Of a DNA stretch of 37,455 nucleotides, positions 7,882 through 16,982 are shown in pieces. Within the stretch, counting starts at the first letter, position 1, and the number at the start of each line of letters is the position of its first letter. The DNA is taken from NCBI GenBank assembly GCA_026388915.1, contig JAPLIW010000744.1, forward strand, positions 1 to 37,455. Reading direction: 5' to 3'. Below the pieces are notes generated by a model. It was not told where the DNA came from, did no database searches, and saw nothing but the letters and a program-made list of their open reading frames with translations. The stretch is from Deltaproteobacteria bacterium. Its GTDB lineage: Bacteria > Desulfobacterota > SM23-61. The translations under genes were made by a program, and so were the position numbers.

Positions 7882-9711
7882 TTACTCCACGGTTACGCTT
7901 TTGGCCAGGTTTCTCGGCTGGTCCACGTCCGTCCCCTTGAGAACCGCCACGTTATAAGCCAGCAGCTGCAGGGGAACGGTCAGAAGGATGGGAGCCAGAA
8001 AAGGATGGGTCTCCGGCACCAGGAGGGTGTCCCGGGCCTTGGAGATTACCTCCTGGCAGGAAGGATTGGTCAGGGCGATGACCTTCCCGTCCCGGGCTAG
8101 GACTTCTTCCATGTTGCTCAGGATCTTTTCATGGGTCTGGCTTTTGGGGGCCAGAACCACCACCGGCATATTTTCATCGATGAGGGCAATGGGTCCATGC
8201 TTCATCTCCCCGGCGGGATACCCTTCGGCATGGATGTAGGAAATTTCCTTCAGCTTCAGCGCTCCCTCGAGGGCGATGGGATAATTTACTCCCCGGCCCA
8301 GGTAGAGGAAGTCGCGGGCGTTCATGTACTTCTTGGCCAGCGCTTCGATCTGGGGATTCAGGTCCAGGGTCTGCTGGATGTAGCGAGGCACTTTCAGCAT
8401 TTCTTCCAGCATCTCTTTGGCAGTTTGATTCCCGATGCTCTCCCGGTTTTCTGCCAAATATAGGGCTAAGAGGAAGAGTCCTACCAGCTGGGTGGTGAAG
8501 GCCTTCGTGGAGGCCACCCCGATCTCCGGTCCGGCATGAGTGTAAAAGACGCCTTGCGACTCGCGGGCCAGACTGCTCTCCACCACGTTGCAGATGGAAA
8601 GGGTGCGCATCCCTTTCCGTTTTCCTTCCCGGAAGGCGGCCAGGGTGTCGGTGGTCTCTCCCGACTGGGAGATGGCCACCAGGAGGTCATGGGAACCGAC
8701 GATGGGATCCCGGTAACGGAATTCCGAGCCCAGGTCCACTTCCGTGGGAATTCGGCTCAGCCCCTCGATCATGAACTTTCCCACCAGGGCGGCATGATAA
8801 GAGGTCCCGCAGGCCACGATGCAGACCCGCCGGATATCCTTGAGGACTTTGGGATTCAATCCTGACCCTTCCAGGAAGACCTTGCCTTCCTCCAGGGAGA
8901 CCCGGCCGCGCACGGTATCCACGATCGCGCGGGGCTGCTCAAAGATCTCCTTGAGCATAAAGTGCTTGTAGCCGCTCTTTTCCGCGGTCACCGGGTCCCA
9001 CAGGATATCTTTGGGACGCCGCTGGCGGCTTTCTCCCCACAGGGTGCTGATCCGGTACTGTTTCTCCTGGACGACCGCCATTTCCCCGTCTTCCAGAAAG
9101 ATCATCTTCCGGGTATAGGGGAGGATGGCCGGAATATCGGAGGCGACAAAATTCTCCTTATCGCCGAGACCCAGGATGAGGGGACTCTCCTTGCGGACGG
9201 CGATCAGCTTATCCTTTTCCCCTTCGTAAAGGACGGCGACGGCATAGGACCCGTGGACCTGGAGAAGAGCCTGGCGCACCGCCTCTTCCAGCTTCTCTCC
9301 TTTGAAGAGATACCGCTGAATCAGGTGACAGAGGATTTCCGTGTCGGTTTCGGATTTGAAGGTATGCCCCTCGCCGGCCAGAATATTTTTGAGGGCCAGG
9401 TAATTCTCGATGATGCCGTTGTGGACTACGGCCACGCCCCCCGCTTTGTGAGGGTGGGCGTTGGTTTCCGAAGGTTTCCCGTGCGTGGCCCACCGGGTGT
9501 GGCCGATTCCCAGGTTTCCGTTGAACTTCTCCCCTTCGGTTTTCCGCTCCAGCTCCTTGAGCTTGCCCATGGCGCGGCGGATCACGACCTTTCCCTCATG
9601 GAAGAGCGCTATTCCGGCGGAGTCATACCCGCGGTACTCCAGTCGCCGCAGCCCCTCCAGAAGGACTTCCTTGGTGTCCCGCGGTCCGATGTATCCGATG
9701 ATCCCGCACAT
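7882..9711 (-). CDS. glmS: glutamine--fructose-6-phosphate aminotransferase (isomerizing)
   Basis: 609 aa. MCGIIGY N-terminal nucleophile. Two SIS domains. C-terminal [13 protein letters not shown]. Confidence 0.97.
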   Translation of the reverse strand: MCGIIGYIGPRDTKEVLLEGLRRLEYRGYDSAGIALFHEGKVVIRRAMGKLKELERKTEGEKFNGNLGIGHTRWATHGKPSETNAHPHKAGGVAVVHNGIIENYLALKNILAGEGHTFKSETDTEILCHLIQRYLFKGEKLEEAVRQALLQVHGSYAVAVLYEGEKDKLIAVRKESPLILGLGDKENFVASDIPAILPYTRKMIFLEDGEMAVVQEKQYRISTLWGESRQRRPKDILWDPVTAEKSGYKHFMLKEIFEQPRAIVDTVRGRVSLEEGKVFLEGSGLNPKVLKDIRRVCIVACGTSYHAALVGKFMIEGLSRIPTEVDLGSEFRYRDPIVGSHDLLVAISQSGETTDTLAAFREGKRKGMRTLSICNVVESSLARESQGVFYTHAGPEIGVASTKAFTTQLVGLFLLALYLAENRESIGNQTAKEMLEEMLKVPRYIQQTLDLNPQIEALAKKYMNARDFLYLGRGVNYPIALEGALKLKEISYIHAEGYPAGEMKHGPIALIDENMPVVVLAPKSQTHEKILSNMEEVLARDGKVIALTNPSCQEVISKARDTLLVPETHPFLAPILLTVPLQLLAYNVAVLKGTDVDQPRNLAKSVTVE

Positions 9712-9725
9712 ATTTCAGACTCCTA

Positions 9726-10490
9726 TCAATCGGAATCCAGCCTATGCTGTCCGGCGATCTTTTTTTTCATCCCCTGGTCAGCTTTGGCCAGCTCCATCTG
9801 GGTGTTGATTCCCATCACTTCCAGCGAATCTTCCACCAGGAAGGGGAAGACTTTTTTCTTCTCCGAATTCGCCCGGGCGACGATATCGGTGAGGTAATAT
9901 TCCTTCTGCGCGTTCTGGGGGGTCACATGAGACAGGGCGGAAAAGAGAAAGTCCGCATCCACGCAGTAAATGCCGGTGTTGATCTCCCGGACCTTTTCTT
10001 CTCCCGCTTTCAGGTCCTTATCTTCCGTAATCCGCAGGAGGGACCCGTCGGCATTCCGGAAGACCCGTCCGTAGCCCTTGGGATTTTCCAGCTCCACGGT
10101 CATAACCGAGAGAGCAGCCTGACGGGCCTGGTGGGCTTTTAAGAATCTGCTTACCGTTTCTTCGGTGAGCAAAGGAACATCGCCGGAGAGGATCAGGACG
10201 CTTCCCCGGAAACCCCGAAGCGCCGGCTTAACGGCCAGAACGGCGTGTCCCGTGCCCAACTGTTCTTTCTGGAGGACAAAAGTTACATCGTCGGCCTTGA
10301 ATTTCTCCTGAACCAAGTCGGCCTGGAATCCCACTACCACGACCAGGCGGGAGGGTTTCAGTCTCCGGGATAAATCCAGGGGGTAGGAGAGCATCGGGCT
10401 GCCAGCAACGGGATGGAGGACTTTTACCAGGTCCGATTTCATCCGCGTTCCCTTGCCCGCCGCCAGGATTACGATCGCCAGCTCGCTCAA
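9726..10490 (-). CDS. glmU: GlmU-like N-acetylglucosamine-1-phosphate uridyltransferase, nucleotidyltransferase domain only
   Basis: 254 aa with ILAAGKGTRMKS, EQLGTGHA, LSGDVPL, EINTGIY and EYYLTDI. The ORF ends inside the helical linker, and glmS starts 14 nt downstream. No left-handed beta-helix acetyltransferase domain is encoded here. Confidence 0.8.
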   Translation of the reverse strand: MSELAIVILAAGKGTRMKSDLVKVLHPVAGSPMLSYPLDLSRRLKPSRLVVVVGFQADLVQEKFKADDVTFVLQKEQLGTGHAVLAVKPALRGFRGSVLILSGDVPLLTEETVSRFLKAHQARQAALSVMTVELENPKGYGRVFRNADGSLLRITEDKDLKAGEEKVREINTGIYCVDADFLFSALSHVTPQNAQKEYYLTDIVARANSEKKKVFPFLVEDSLEVMGINTQMELAKADQGMKKKIAGQHRLDSD

Positions 10491-10681
10491 GGTTTCCTTT
10501 CTTTCCCAAGCCCTTGAGGTGACTAATATTTTTATTATAGAAGAACCTTTGGGCCAGTCAAGATTTTTATCTATTTAAATCAAATGGTTAAAAATGAGGA
10601 TGCCAGGCTCAACCCATGTAGCGATTCTTCCTTGCGGGATATTTTCGCTACCCTGGCCCATTAAGAGGAAAGCTTTTCATC

Positions 10682-10710
10682 TTGACAGGGAAAGGGAAAA
10701 AACTGAGAAT
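10682..10710 (+). promoter_or_regulatory. sigma70-type promoter TTGACA-17-GAGAAT, placed for a leaderless transcript
   Basis: TTGACA at 10682-10687, a 17-nt spacer, GAGAAT at 10705-10710. The ATG at 10717 lies 6 nt after the -10 and has no SD. Confidence 0.4.
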
Positions 10711-10716
10711 TTCATC

Positions 10717-12315
10717 ATGGAATTTTCATCCCTGGTGGCCGCCCTCCAGAATTCCCAAATCTACCCCGAAAAGCCGGCCAAAATCGAACTGGTGCAGACC
10801 CACATATCAGCCATCTTCTTTGCCGGGGAGCATGTCTACAAGGTCAAAAAACCGGTGAACTTCGGTTTCCTCGACTTTACCACCCTGGAAAAAAGGAAGT
10901 ACTTCTGCCAGCAGGAAGTGAATCTCAACCGAAGGCTGGCGCAGGAGGTTTACCTGGGGGTGGTGGAGATCCGCTCCCACCAAGGCCGGGTTATCATCGG
11001 AGAAGGTCCGGGTGAAGTGATCGAGTACGCCGTAAAGATGAAGCGCCTTCCCCAGGACTGTATGATGGACCAGTGGCTGGCCAAGGGGGCCATAACCCCG
11101 GAGGTTGTGGAAAGAATCGCCGCCAAGATCGCCCGTTTCCATACCCGGGCCGCCACCAGCCCGGAGATCTCCAAATTCGGGAATATTCAAACCATCCGCG
11201 GCAATCTGGAAGAAAATTTCTCCCAGACGGAGAAATACGTGGGCCGGGTTCTAACCCCGGATCTTTACCGGGAGATCATCGGGGCCACTCGCCGCTTCCT
11301 GGAACACCATCTTCCTCTCTTTCAGAAGCGGATCGTCGACGGGAAGATCCGCGACTGCCACGGAGACCTCCACCTTCAGCATATCTGCCTGGGAGAAGAG
11401 ATTCTCATCTTCGACTGCATCGAGTTCAACCGGCGATTCCGCTATTCGGACGTGGCGGCGGACATCGCCTTTCTGCTCATGGACCTGGATTATCATCAAC
11501 AACCCCCGATCTCCTCCGATCTGGCCTCTCACTACCTGAGGATCTCCCGGGACTGGTCCCTCTATCTGCTCCTCGATTTCTACAAATCCTACCGCGCCTA
11601 TGTGCGCGCCAAGGTAACCTCTTTTCGTCTGGAGGATCCGAATATCTCGGCTCAAGAAGAGGCTTCATCCCTGGGTGAAGCCAGCCGTTATTACCGCCTC
11701 TCCCATACCTATGCCGCCCGGATGAACCGCCCCATGCTGGTCATCACCGGAGGATTGATCGCCACCGGGAAATCGACCCTCGCCCGGTCCCTGGCGGAAG
11801 CCCTGGGATGGGAATGGTTGCGGGTGGACGTTCTCCGCAAAGAACTGGCGCAGATTTCTCCCCTGGAGCATCGCTTTGAGAAGTTCCACCGGGGCATCTA
11901 TGCTCCCGATTTTTCCCGGAAGACTTATCAGACCCTTTTGGACCGGGCGCGAATCCTTTTGGGCGGGGGGAAATCGGTCATCCTGGACGGTTCTTTCAAG
12001 AAGCAAGCAGACCGGACCACGGCCCGGGACCTGGCCCGAGAGACCCAGGCGGATTTTCTCTTCATCGAATGTTCATCCTCGGAAGAGGAAATCCACAAAC
12101 GGCTGGCCCGGCGGGCCCGGGAGAAGAACGAACCTTCCGACGGAAGGGGGGAGCTTTTGGCCGAGCAGAAAAAGGATTATGACCCCGTGGAAGGATTCGA
12201 TTGCGATCTCTACTTATCCCTGGATACCGAGCATCCCCCGGAGGACTGCCTGGCGCGGATCTTCCGGCATCTGCTGGAGAAAGCTGGACGGGAGCTCGCG
12301 AGTGCGGTACAGTAA
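10717..12315 (+). CDS. bifunctional aminoglycoside-phosphotransferase-like kinase / P-loop (AAA) ATP-binding protein
   Basis: N-terminal APH/CotS-like kinase fold (HGDLHLQHI, DCIEFN). C-terminal Walker A ITGGLIATGKSTLA. The track ORF begins at 10594, but that extension covers the promoter. Confidence 0.75.
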   Translation: MEFSSLVAALQNSQIYPEKPAKIELVQTHISAIFFAGEHVYKVKKPVNFGFLDFTTLEKRKYFCQQEVNLNRRLAQEVYLGVVEIRSHQGRVIIGEGPGEVIEYAVKMKRLPQDCMMDQWLAKGAITPEVVERIAAKIARFHTRAATSPEISKFGNIQTIRGNLEENFSQTEKYVGRVLTPDLYREIIGATRRFLEHHLPLFQKRIVDGKIRDCHGDLHLQHICLGEEILIFDCIEFNRRFRYSDVAADIAFLLMDLDYHQQPPISSDLASHYLRISRDWSLYLLLDFYKSYRAYVRAKVTSFRLEDPNISAQEEASSLGEASRYYRLSHTYAARMNRPMLVITGGLIATGKSTLARSLAEALGWEWLRVDVLRKELAQISPLEHRFEKFHRGIYAPDFSRKTYQTLLDRARILLGGGKSVILDGSFKKQADRTTARDLARETQADFLFIECSSSEEEIHKRLARRAREKNEPSDGRGELLAEQKKDYDPVEGFDCDLYLSLDTEHPPEDCLARIFRHLLEKAGRELASAVQ

Positions 12316-12392
12316 ATCATCCCCGACCCTGCTTCTTTCTATATTGGAGGAGGAAAAGCGGTAGGCGGTAAACCGGTTCTACGGGAGGACGG

Positions 12393-13160
12393 ATGGGCAT
12401 GAATATTTTATCCCCTTTTCTGCTGTTGCTCGCCGGGCTTTTTCTCTTCTCCGGTTGCGGCCCGGATGAAAAAAACATTCAGCGGGCCAGCGGTCACTAT
12501 GGGCTGGGCTATAATGCCCTCCAGCAGGGAGACCCTACTTCCGCCGTCCGGGAGCTCTTCGAGGCGGAAAAGCTGAACCCCAGGGACCCCGCCATCCAGC
12601 ACCTCCTGGGCATGGCCTTGAGCGCCAAGGGAAAATATACCGACGCTCTGGAGCACTACCGCAAAGCCCTGGAACTGGACCCCAAGTATACCGAGGTCCA
12701 CAACGCCATGGGGGCCACCTACCTGGAGATGGGGAAATGGGATGAGGCCATCCAGGAACTCAACCTGGTTCTGAAGGACTTCCTGTACATGACGCCCTTT
12801 CTCGTGCACAACAACATCGGCTGGGCCTTTTACAAGAAAGGGGACTTGAAGAACGCCGTCGAAAACTACCGGAAGGCCATCGGCATGAAACCCGACTTCG
12901 CCCTGGCCCACTACAACCTGGGCATCGCTTACCGGGACGGGAAACAGACGGACCAGGCCATCGCTGCCTTTCGTCAGGCAACCAGGATCGTGCCCGGCCT
13001 GGTGGATGCCCACTTTCAGTTGGGGAAGCTGTATTTTGAGGCGGGGAAGAAAGCGGAAGCCCAGAAATCCTTCCAGGAGGTGGTACGCCTCGCCCCTCAG
13101 AGCGAGGCCGCCCAGCTGGCTCAGCAGTACTTGGACCTGCTCAAGAAAAGCGGTAAATGA
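12393..13160 (+). CDS. TPR-repeat lipoprotein (PilW/PilF-like architecture)
   Basis: Signal peptide ending LFSGC. About six TPR units (AL.HYRKALELDP, AVENYRKAIGMKPDFALAHYNLG and others). GGGAGG SD. Confidence 0.7.
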   Translation: MGMNILSPFLLLLAGLFLFSGCGPDEKNIQRASGHYGLGYNALQQGDPTSAVRELFEAEKLNPRDPAIQHLLGMALSAKGKYTDALEHYRKALELDPKYTEVHNAMGATYLEMGKWDEAIQELNLVLKDFLYMTPFLVHNNIGWAFYKKGDLKNAVENYRKAIGMKPDFALAHYNLGIAYRDGKQTDQAIAAFRQATRIVPGLVDAHFQLGKLYFEAGKKAEAQKSFQEVVRLAPQSEAAQLAQQYLDLLKKSGK

Positions 13161-14291
13161 TCAGACGATCCCCATGCCCTTCAAGAGGGAAAGCATAACC
13201 GCGGCGGCCAGGACCGAGCCGATCTGCCCGCCCGTATTGGCTCCCATGGCATGCATGAGGAGGTAGTTCTTCTTGTTGGCCTTCTGCCCCACCATCTGCA
13301 CCACCCGCGCGGACATGGGAAAGGCCGAGGTTCCCGCGGCTCCGATCAGCGGGTTGACTTTCCCCCCCGATAGAACCTTCATGATCTTGGCCAGGAAGAT
13401 TCCCATGGCCGTGTCCAGAGAGATGGCCACCAGTCCTAATCCCAGAACGATCAGGGTTTGAGGCTTCAGGAAGGCCGGGCCGGACATGGTGGCCCCGATG
13501 GAGATCCCCAGGAGCAGGGTGACGATATTGGCAATCTCGTTCTGCGAAGCCTTGACCAGCCGGTCGGTCACTCCACTCTCCTTCAGCAGGTTCCCCAGCA
13601 TGAGGGTTCCCATCAGAGGGGTTCCCATGGGAGCGATCAGGCAGGTTACCAGGGTCACTACGATGGGGAAGAGAACCTTCAGCGTCGGGGAAACGGTCTT
13701 CTTCTCGTACTTCATGACGATCTTGCGCTCTTCCGCCGAGGTAAGGGCCCGCATGATCGGCGGCTGAATGATGGGGACCAGGGACATGTAGCAGTAGGCC
13801 GCCACCGATACGGCCCCCAGCATGTGGGGGGCGTACTTGGAAGTCACATAGATGGCGGTCGGGCCGTCACAGGCTCCAATAATCCCGATGGCCACCGCCT
13901 CCAGCTGGGTGAACCCCAATGCCAAGGCCAAAAGAAGGGTGAGAAAAATCCCGAACTGCCCGGCCCCTCCCAGGAGCAGGATCCGGGGATTTTCCAGGAG
14001 GGGGCCGAAGTCGGTCATGGCCCCGATTCCCACAAAAATCAGGCAGGGGAAAATTTCGGTCAGAACCCCCGCCTCGTAAAAATGGCGCAGCAGTCCCCCT
14101 TCCTCCATTAATCCCGACATGGGAATATTCACCAGGATGGCTCCGAACCCGATGGGCACCAGGAGAAGGGGCTCCATGTTTTTCTTGATACCCAGGTACA
14201 GGAGGGCGCATCCCACCACAATCATGACTCCATGGCTCCACTGAAAGTTGCTGAAGCCTATGAGTAAGCTAGATAATCCATCTATAATCAT
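13161..14291 (-). CDS. oadB: Na+-translocating decarboxylase beta subunit (OadB/MmdB/GcdB family)
   Basis: 376-aa polytopic membrane protein. EPLLLVPIGFGAILVNIP, IFVGIGAMTDFGPLL and GAAGTSAFPMSARV match the family. Confidence 0.88.
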   Translation of the reverse strand: MIIDGLSSLLIGFSNFQWSHGVMIVVGCALLYLGIKKNMEPLLLVPIGFGAILVNIPMSGLMEEGGLLRHFYEAGVLTEIFPCLIFVGIGAMTDFGPLLENPRILLLGGAGQFGIFLTLLLALALGFTQLEAVAIGIIGACDGPTAIYVTSKYAPHMLGAVSVAAYCYMSLVPIIQPPIMRALTSAEERKIVMKYEKKTVSPTLKVLFPIVVTLVTCLIAPMGTPLMGTLMLGNLLKESGVTDRLVKASQNEIANIVTLLLGISIGATMSGPAFLKPQTLIVLGLGLVAISLDTAMGIFLAKIMKVLSGGKVNPLIGAAGTSAFPMSARVVQMVGQKANKKNYLLMHAMGANTGGQIGSVLAAAVMLSLLKGMGIV

Positions 14292-14293
14292 GG

Positions 14294-14437
14294 TTAGCCT
14301 CGTCCTTCTCCCTTCTTTTCGCCCGGCAACAGTATTTTATTAAGCCCGTCCACGATCAGACCGATCAGGAAGAGGATGATCAGCGTCCCTCCCATTCCCA
14401 GCACGGTCAGGGTTAAGCCGAATTCCAGGTTCTGCAT
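14294..14437 (-). CDS. OadG-like small membrane subunit of Na+-decarboxylase (47 aa; below the ORF-track cutoff)
   Basis: Own translation: MQNLEFGLTLTVLGMGGTLIILFLIGLIVDGLNKILLPGEKKGEGRG. It has the G.TL.V.GMG...FL single-TM pattern of OadG. The stop lies 2 nt before the oadB ATG. Confidence 0.6.
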   Translation of the reverse strand: MQNLEFGLTLTVLGMGGTLIILFLIGLIVDGLNKILLPGEKKGEGRG

Positions 14438-14530
14438 TTTTTCCTACCTCTTTTCGTTCCCTTATTCAATCCTATTCGAGAATCTCCTACGTTTTGTCCT
14501 CTTTTGTCAAGACCCTATTTTCGGCCTCTT

Positions 14531-15523
14531 TTACAGATCCACCTCTTGTCCTAAATTTTTTTCCCGGCCGCGCCGATAAACGGCCTGAGCCACGGAGACG
14601 TCCTGCACGGCGTTGCCCACGGATTTGAAATAGGTGATCTCCCGGGCCTCTCCTCTTCCCGGCTTTTTCCCGGCCACCACTTCTCCCAGTTCCCCCAGAA
14701 TGTCCGCCTTTTGAATCAACCCCTTCTTCAGGGGGATGATCACATCCCCGGCCTCCTCCAGGCAAGCTTCCACGGAATCCACAAAAATCCGCGCTCGGCG
14801 GATGGTTTCTTCATCCACCTCCTGCATCTCGGGCTTGAAAGCCCCGATGGCGTTAATGTGCATTCCTTCCTTCAGCAGCTTTCCATCGAAGACCGGCCGA
14901 CTGGAGGTCGTGGCCGTTACCACAATGTCCGCCCCCTCCAGCGCCTGGGCCGGGGTCCCTGCCCGGAGCAGTTCAATCCCCCGGCAGGAAGCGTCCCCCC
15001 GCAGCCGGGCGATCAGCTCATCCGCCTTTTCCGGAAGGAGGTCGAAGATCTTGACTTGCCCCATTTTCCTTGCCGCCAGAACCCCCTGCACCTGAAAGAA
15101 CGCCTGGCCCCAGGCTCCGAAGATGGCCAGAGTCCTGGAATCCGGCCGGGAGAGGACCTGGGTGGCCGCCCCCGTGGCTGCCCCCGTGCGGAAGCGGGTG
15201 AGATGAGTTCCCTCCAAGATGGCCAGGGGAGAACCAGTGGCGGCATCGAAAAGAAAAACGATCCCCTGGACCGCAGGGAGATTGGCCCTCGGGTTCCAGG
15301 GAAGAACCGTCACCATCTTGGCGCCCAGGGCCCCGGATTCTTCTATATAGGCGGGCATGACCAGGGCCGCTTCACCCGGCTCCTTCAAATTCAGCGAAGT
15401 CCGGACCGGGGACTGGGCTTTCTTGAGGGAGAGCTGGACAAAGGCATCTTTAACCACTTCGATGGCTTCGGCCATGGAAAGCGCCCGGTCAATATCCCGG
15501 GCGGTGAAGACTCTGATTCTCAT
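14531..15523 (-). CDS. ornithine cyclodeaminase / mu-crystallin family protein
   Basis: 330 aa. The N-terminus (IDRALSMAEAIEVVKDAF) matches the family, and there is a Rossmann segment LAIFGAWGQA. The start overlaps the CoA-transferase stop (ATGA). Confidence 0.85.
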   Translation of the reverse strand: MRIRVFTARDIDRALSMAEAIEVVKDAFVQLSLKKAQSPVRTSLNLKEPGEAALVMPAYIEESGALGAKMVTVLPWNPRANLPAVQGIVFLFDAATGSPLAILEGTHLTRFRTGAATGAATQVLSRPDSRTLAIFGAWGQAFFQVQGVLAARKMGQVKIFDLLPEKADELIARLRGDASCRGIELLRAGTPAQALEGADIVVTATTSSRPVFDGKLLKEGMHINAIGAFKPEMQEVDEETIRRARIFVDSVEACLEEAGDVIIPLKKGLIQKADILGELGEVVAGKKPGRGEAREITYFKSVGNAVQDVSVAQAVYRRGREKNLGQEVDL

Positions 15524-16779
15524 ATCGCTCCCTTGGCCTTCAATTCCCCGATCTCCGCGGAGGAATAGCCCAGAAGATCCGCCAGGACCACCTCATTGGC
15601 CGCACCCATGGGAAGCCCGGGAAACCGGACCTGACCCGGAGTCTTCAGGAAACGGACCGGCGCCCCGGGGAAGGAAAGCGTTTTTCCCGAGGCCGGGTCA
15701 TACACCGAGGCCAGGCTCCCTCTCTCCCGCACATGGGGGTCGTTGGCAATGTCCTCCATGGTATTGACCGGCCCGATGGTGACTCCCGCTTTCTCGCATT
15801 CATCCAGGACCTCTTTCAGGGTCCTGGCCCGGATCCAGTCCCCGATGATCCGGTTTAGCACGACCCGGCTTTCACTCTGGAGCCTTTCCTGATTGTTGCG
15901 GAATCCGGGGGTCGTCTTCAGCTCTGAATGGCCCATCAGGCCCATCATCCGCTCGAAGGGAGCCTGGGCGCTGGCCGAGAGGGCTACCCACTTTCCTTCC
16001 CTGGTCTGGTAGCTGTTCCGGGGAGAGGTGAAGTTGGACTCGTTGCCCATGGGTTGGGGATTCTCTCCCGTCAGGGAGTAAATCAAGAACTGGCCGCCCA
16101 TGTATCCCAGGAGGGGTTCATACAGGGAAACTTCGAATTCCTTTCCCCCCCGCTCTCCCCGTTTCTGGTCCCGGAGGGCGACCATGGCTCCCAGGGCCAG
16201 ATGGGTTCCGGCAACCATGTCGGCCAGAGGGATGGGCGGATTGGTGGGAGGGGTCCCGGGATGGGTGTTCATGTAGGTATATCCGCTCATGCCCTCGGCC
16301 AGGGTCCCGAATCCGGGTTTGTTCCGGGAAGGCCCGGTCTGGCCGTAGCCCGAAATCCGCCCGATGATCAAGCCCTTGTTGATCTTCCAAAGCTCTTGCG
16401 AGGAGAAGCCCAGCCGGTCCAGCGTCCCCGGGCGCATGTTCTCGAAAAGAACATCCGATTTTTTCACCAGCTCAGCGAGAATCTTTTGGGCATCGGGGTG
16501 TTTCAGGTTCAGGGTGATGGGCAGCTTGTTTCTGGAAGCCACCAGCCAGAAGGGTTCCATGTCGTTCTGTACCCTGGCCCAGTACCGGATGGCGTCGGGA
16601 ACCCCCGGGGGCTCGATCTTGATCACTTCAGCCCCGAAGTCTCCCAGAAGGGTTGCTGCAAAGGGAGCGGCGACCACCGCTCCCAAGTCGATCACCCGCA
16701 CGGATTTCAGGGGGAGGTCGGATTCTTCAGCCTTCTTCCTCTGTTCGCGGAGGTAATTGTGGATCTTGGAAAGGTCCAT
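15520..16779 (-). CDS. family III CoA-transferase (CaiB/BaiF/Frc type)
   Basis: Start ATG 16779-16777 follows an AGGAG SD. MDLSKIHNY...VRVIDLGAVVAAPFAATLLGDFGAEVIKIEPPG is the family N-terminal signature. The 774-aa track ORF is an upstream run-on. Confidence 0.85.
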   Translation of the reverse strand: MDLSKIHNYLREQRKKAEESDLPLKSVRVIDLGAVVAAPFAATLLGDFGAEVIKIEPPGVPDAIRYWARVQNDMEPFWLVASRNKLPITLNLKHPDAQKILAELVKKSDVLFENMRPGTLDRLGFSSQELWKINKGLIIGRISGYGQTGPSRNKPGFGTLAEGMSGYTYMNTHPGTPPTNPPIPLADMVAGTHLALGAMVALRDQKRGERGGKEFEVSLYEPLLGYMGGQFLIYSLTGENPQPMGNESNFTSPRNSYQTREGKWVALSASAQAPFERMMGLMGHSELKTTPGFRNNQERLQSESRVVLNRIIGDWIRARTLKEVLDECEKAGVTIGPVNTMEDIANDPHVRERGSLASVYDPASGKTLSFPGAPVRFLKTPGQVRFPGLPMGAANEVVLADLLGYSSAEIGELKAKGAI

Positions 16780-16982
16780 GGAAAATCTCCTGGAGGGAAG
16801 TTGTTTGGCCTTTATGGCCTTCGAGGGGAAGGCCAAAGCCTGAATAAATTTTATACCAGAAAAGGCTCGAAAAGGGGACCAAAAATCAAACGCCGCATGG
16901 GGTTCCCGGAATGCCGAGAAAATCGACACGGGGATACGGAAAAACGACAGGGCGGGCAAGCGGTCCTTTCCCCTGGAAGGGC

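Noticed and set aside
10594-10716. N-terminal 41-aa extension of the APH-like kinase ORF
   Set aside because: The extension has no SD and no resemblance to the family. It also contains the TTGACA-17-GAGAAT promoter that would start transcription at the internal ATG 10717.
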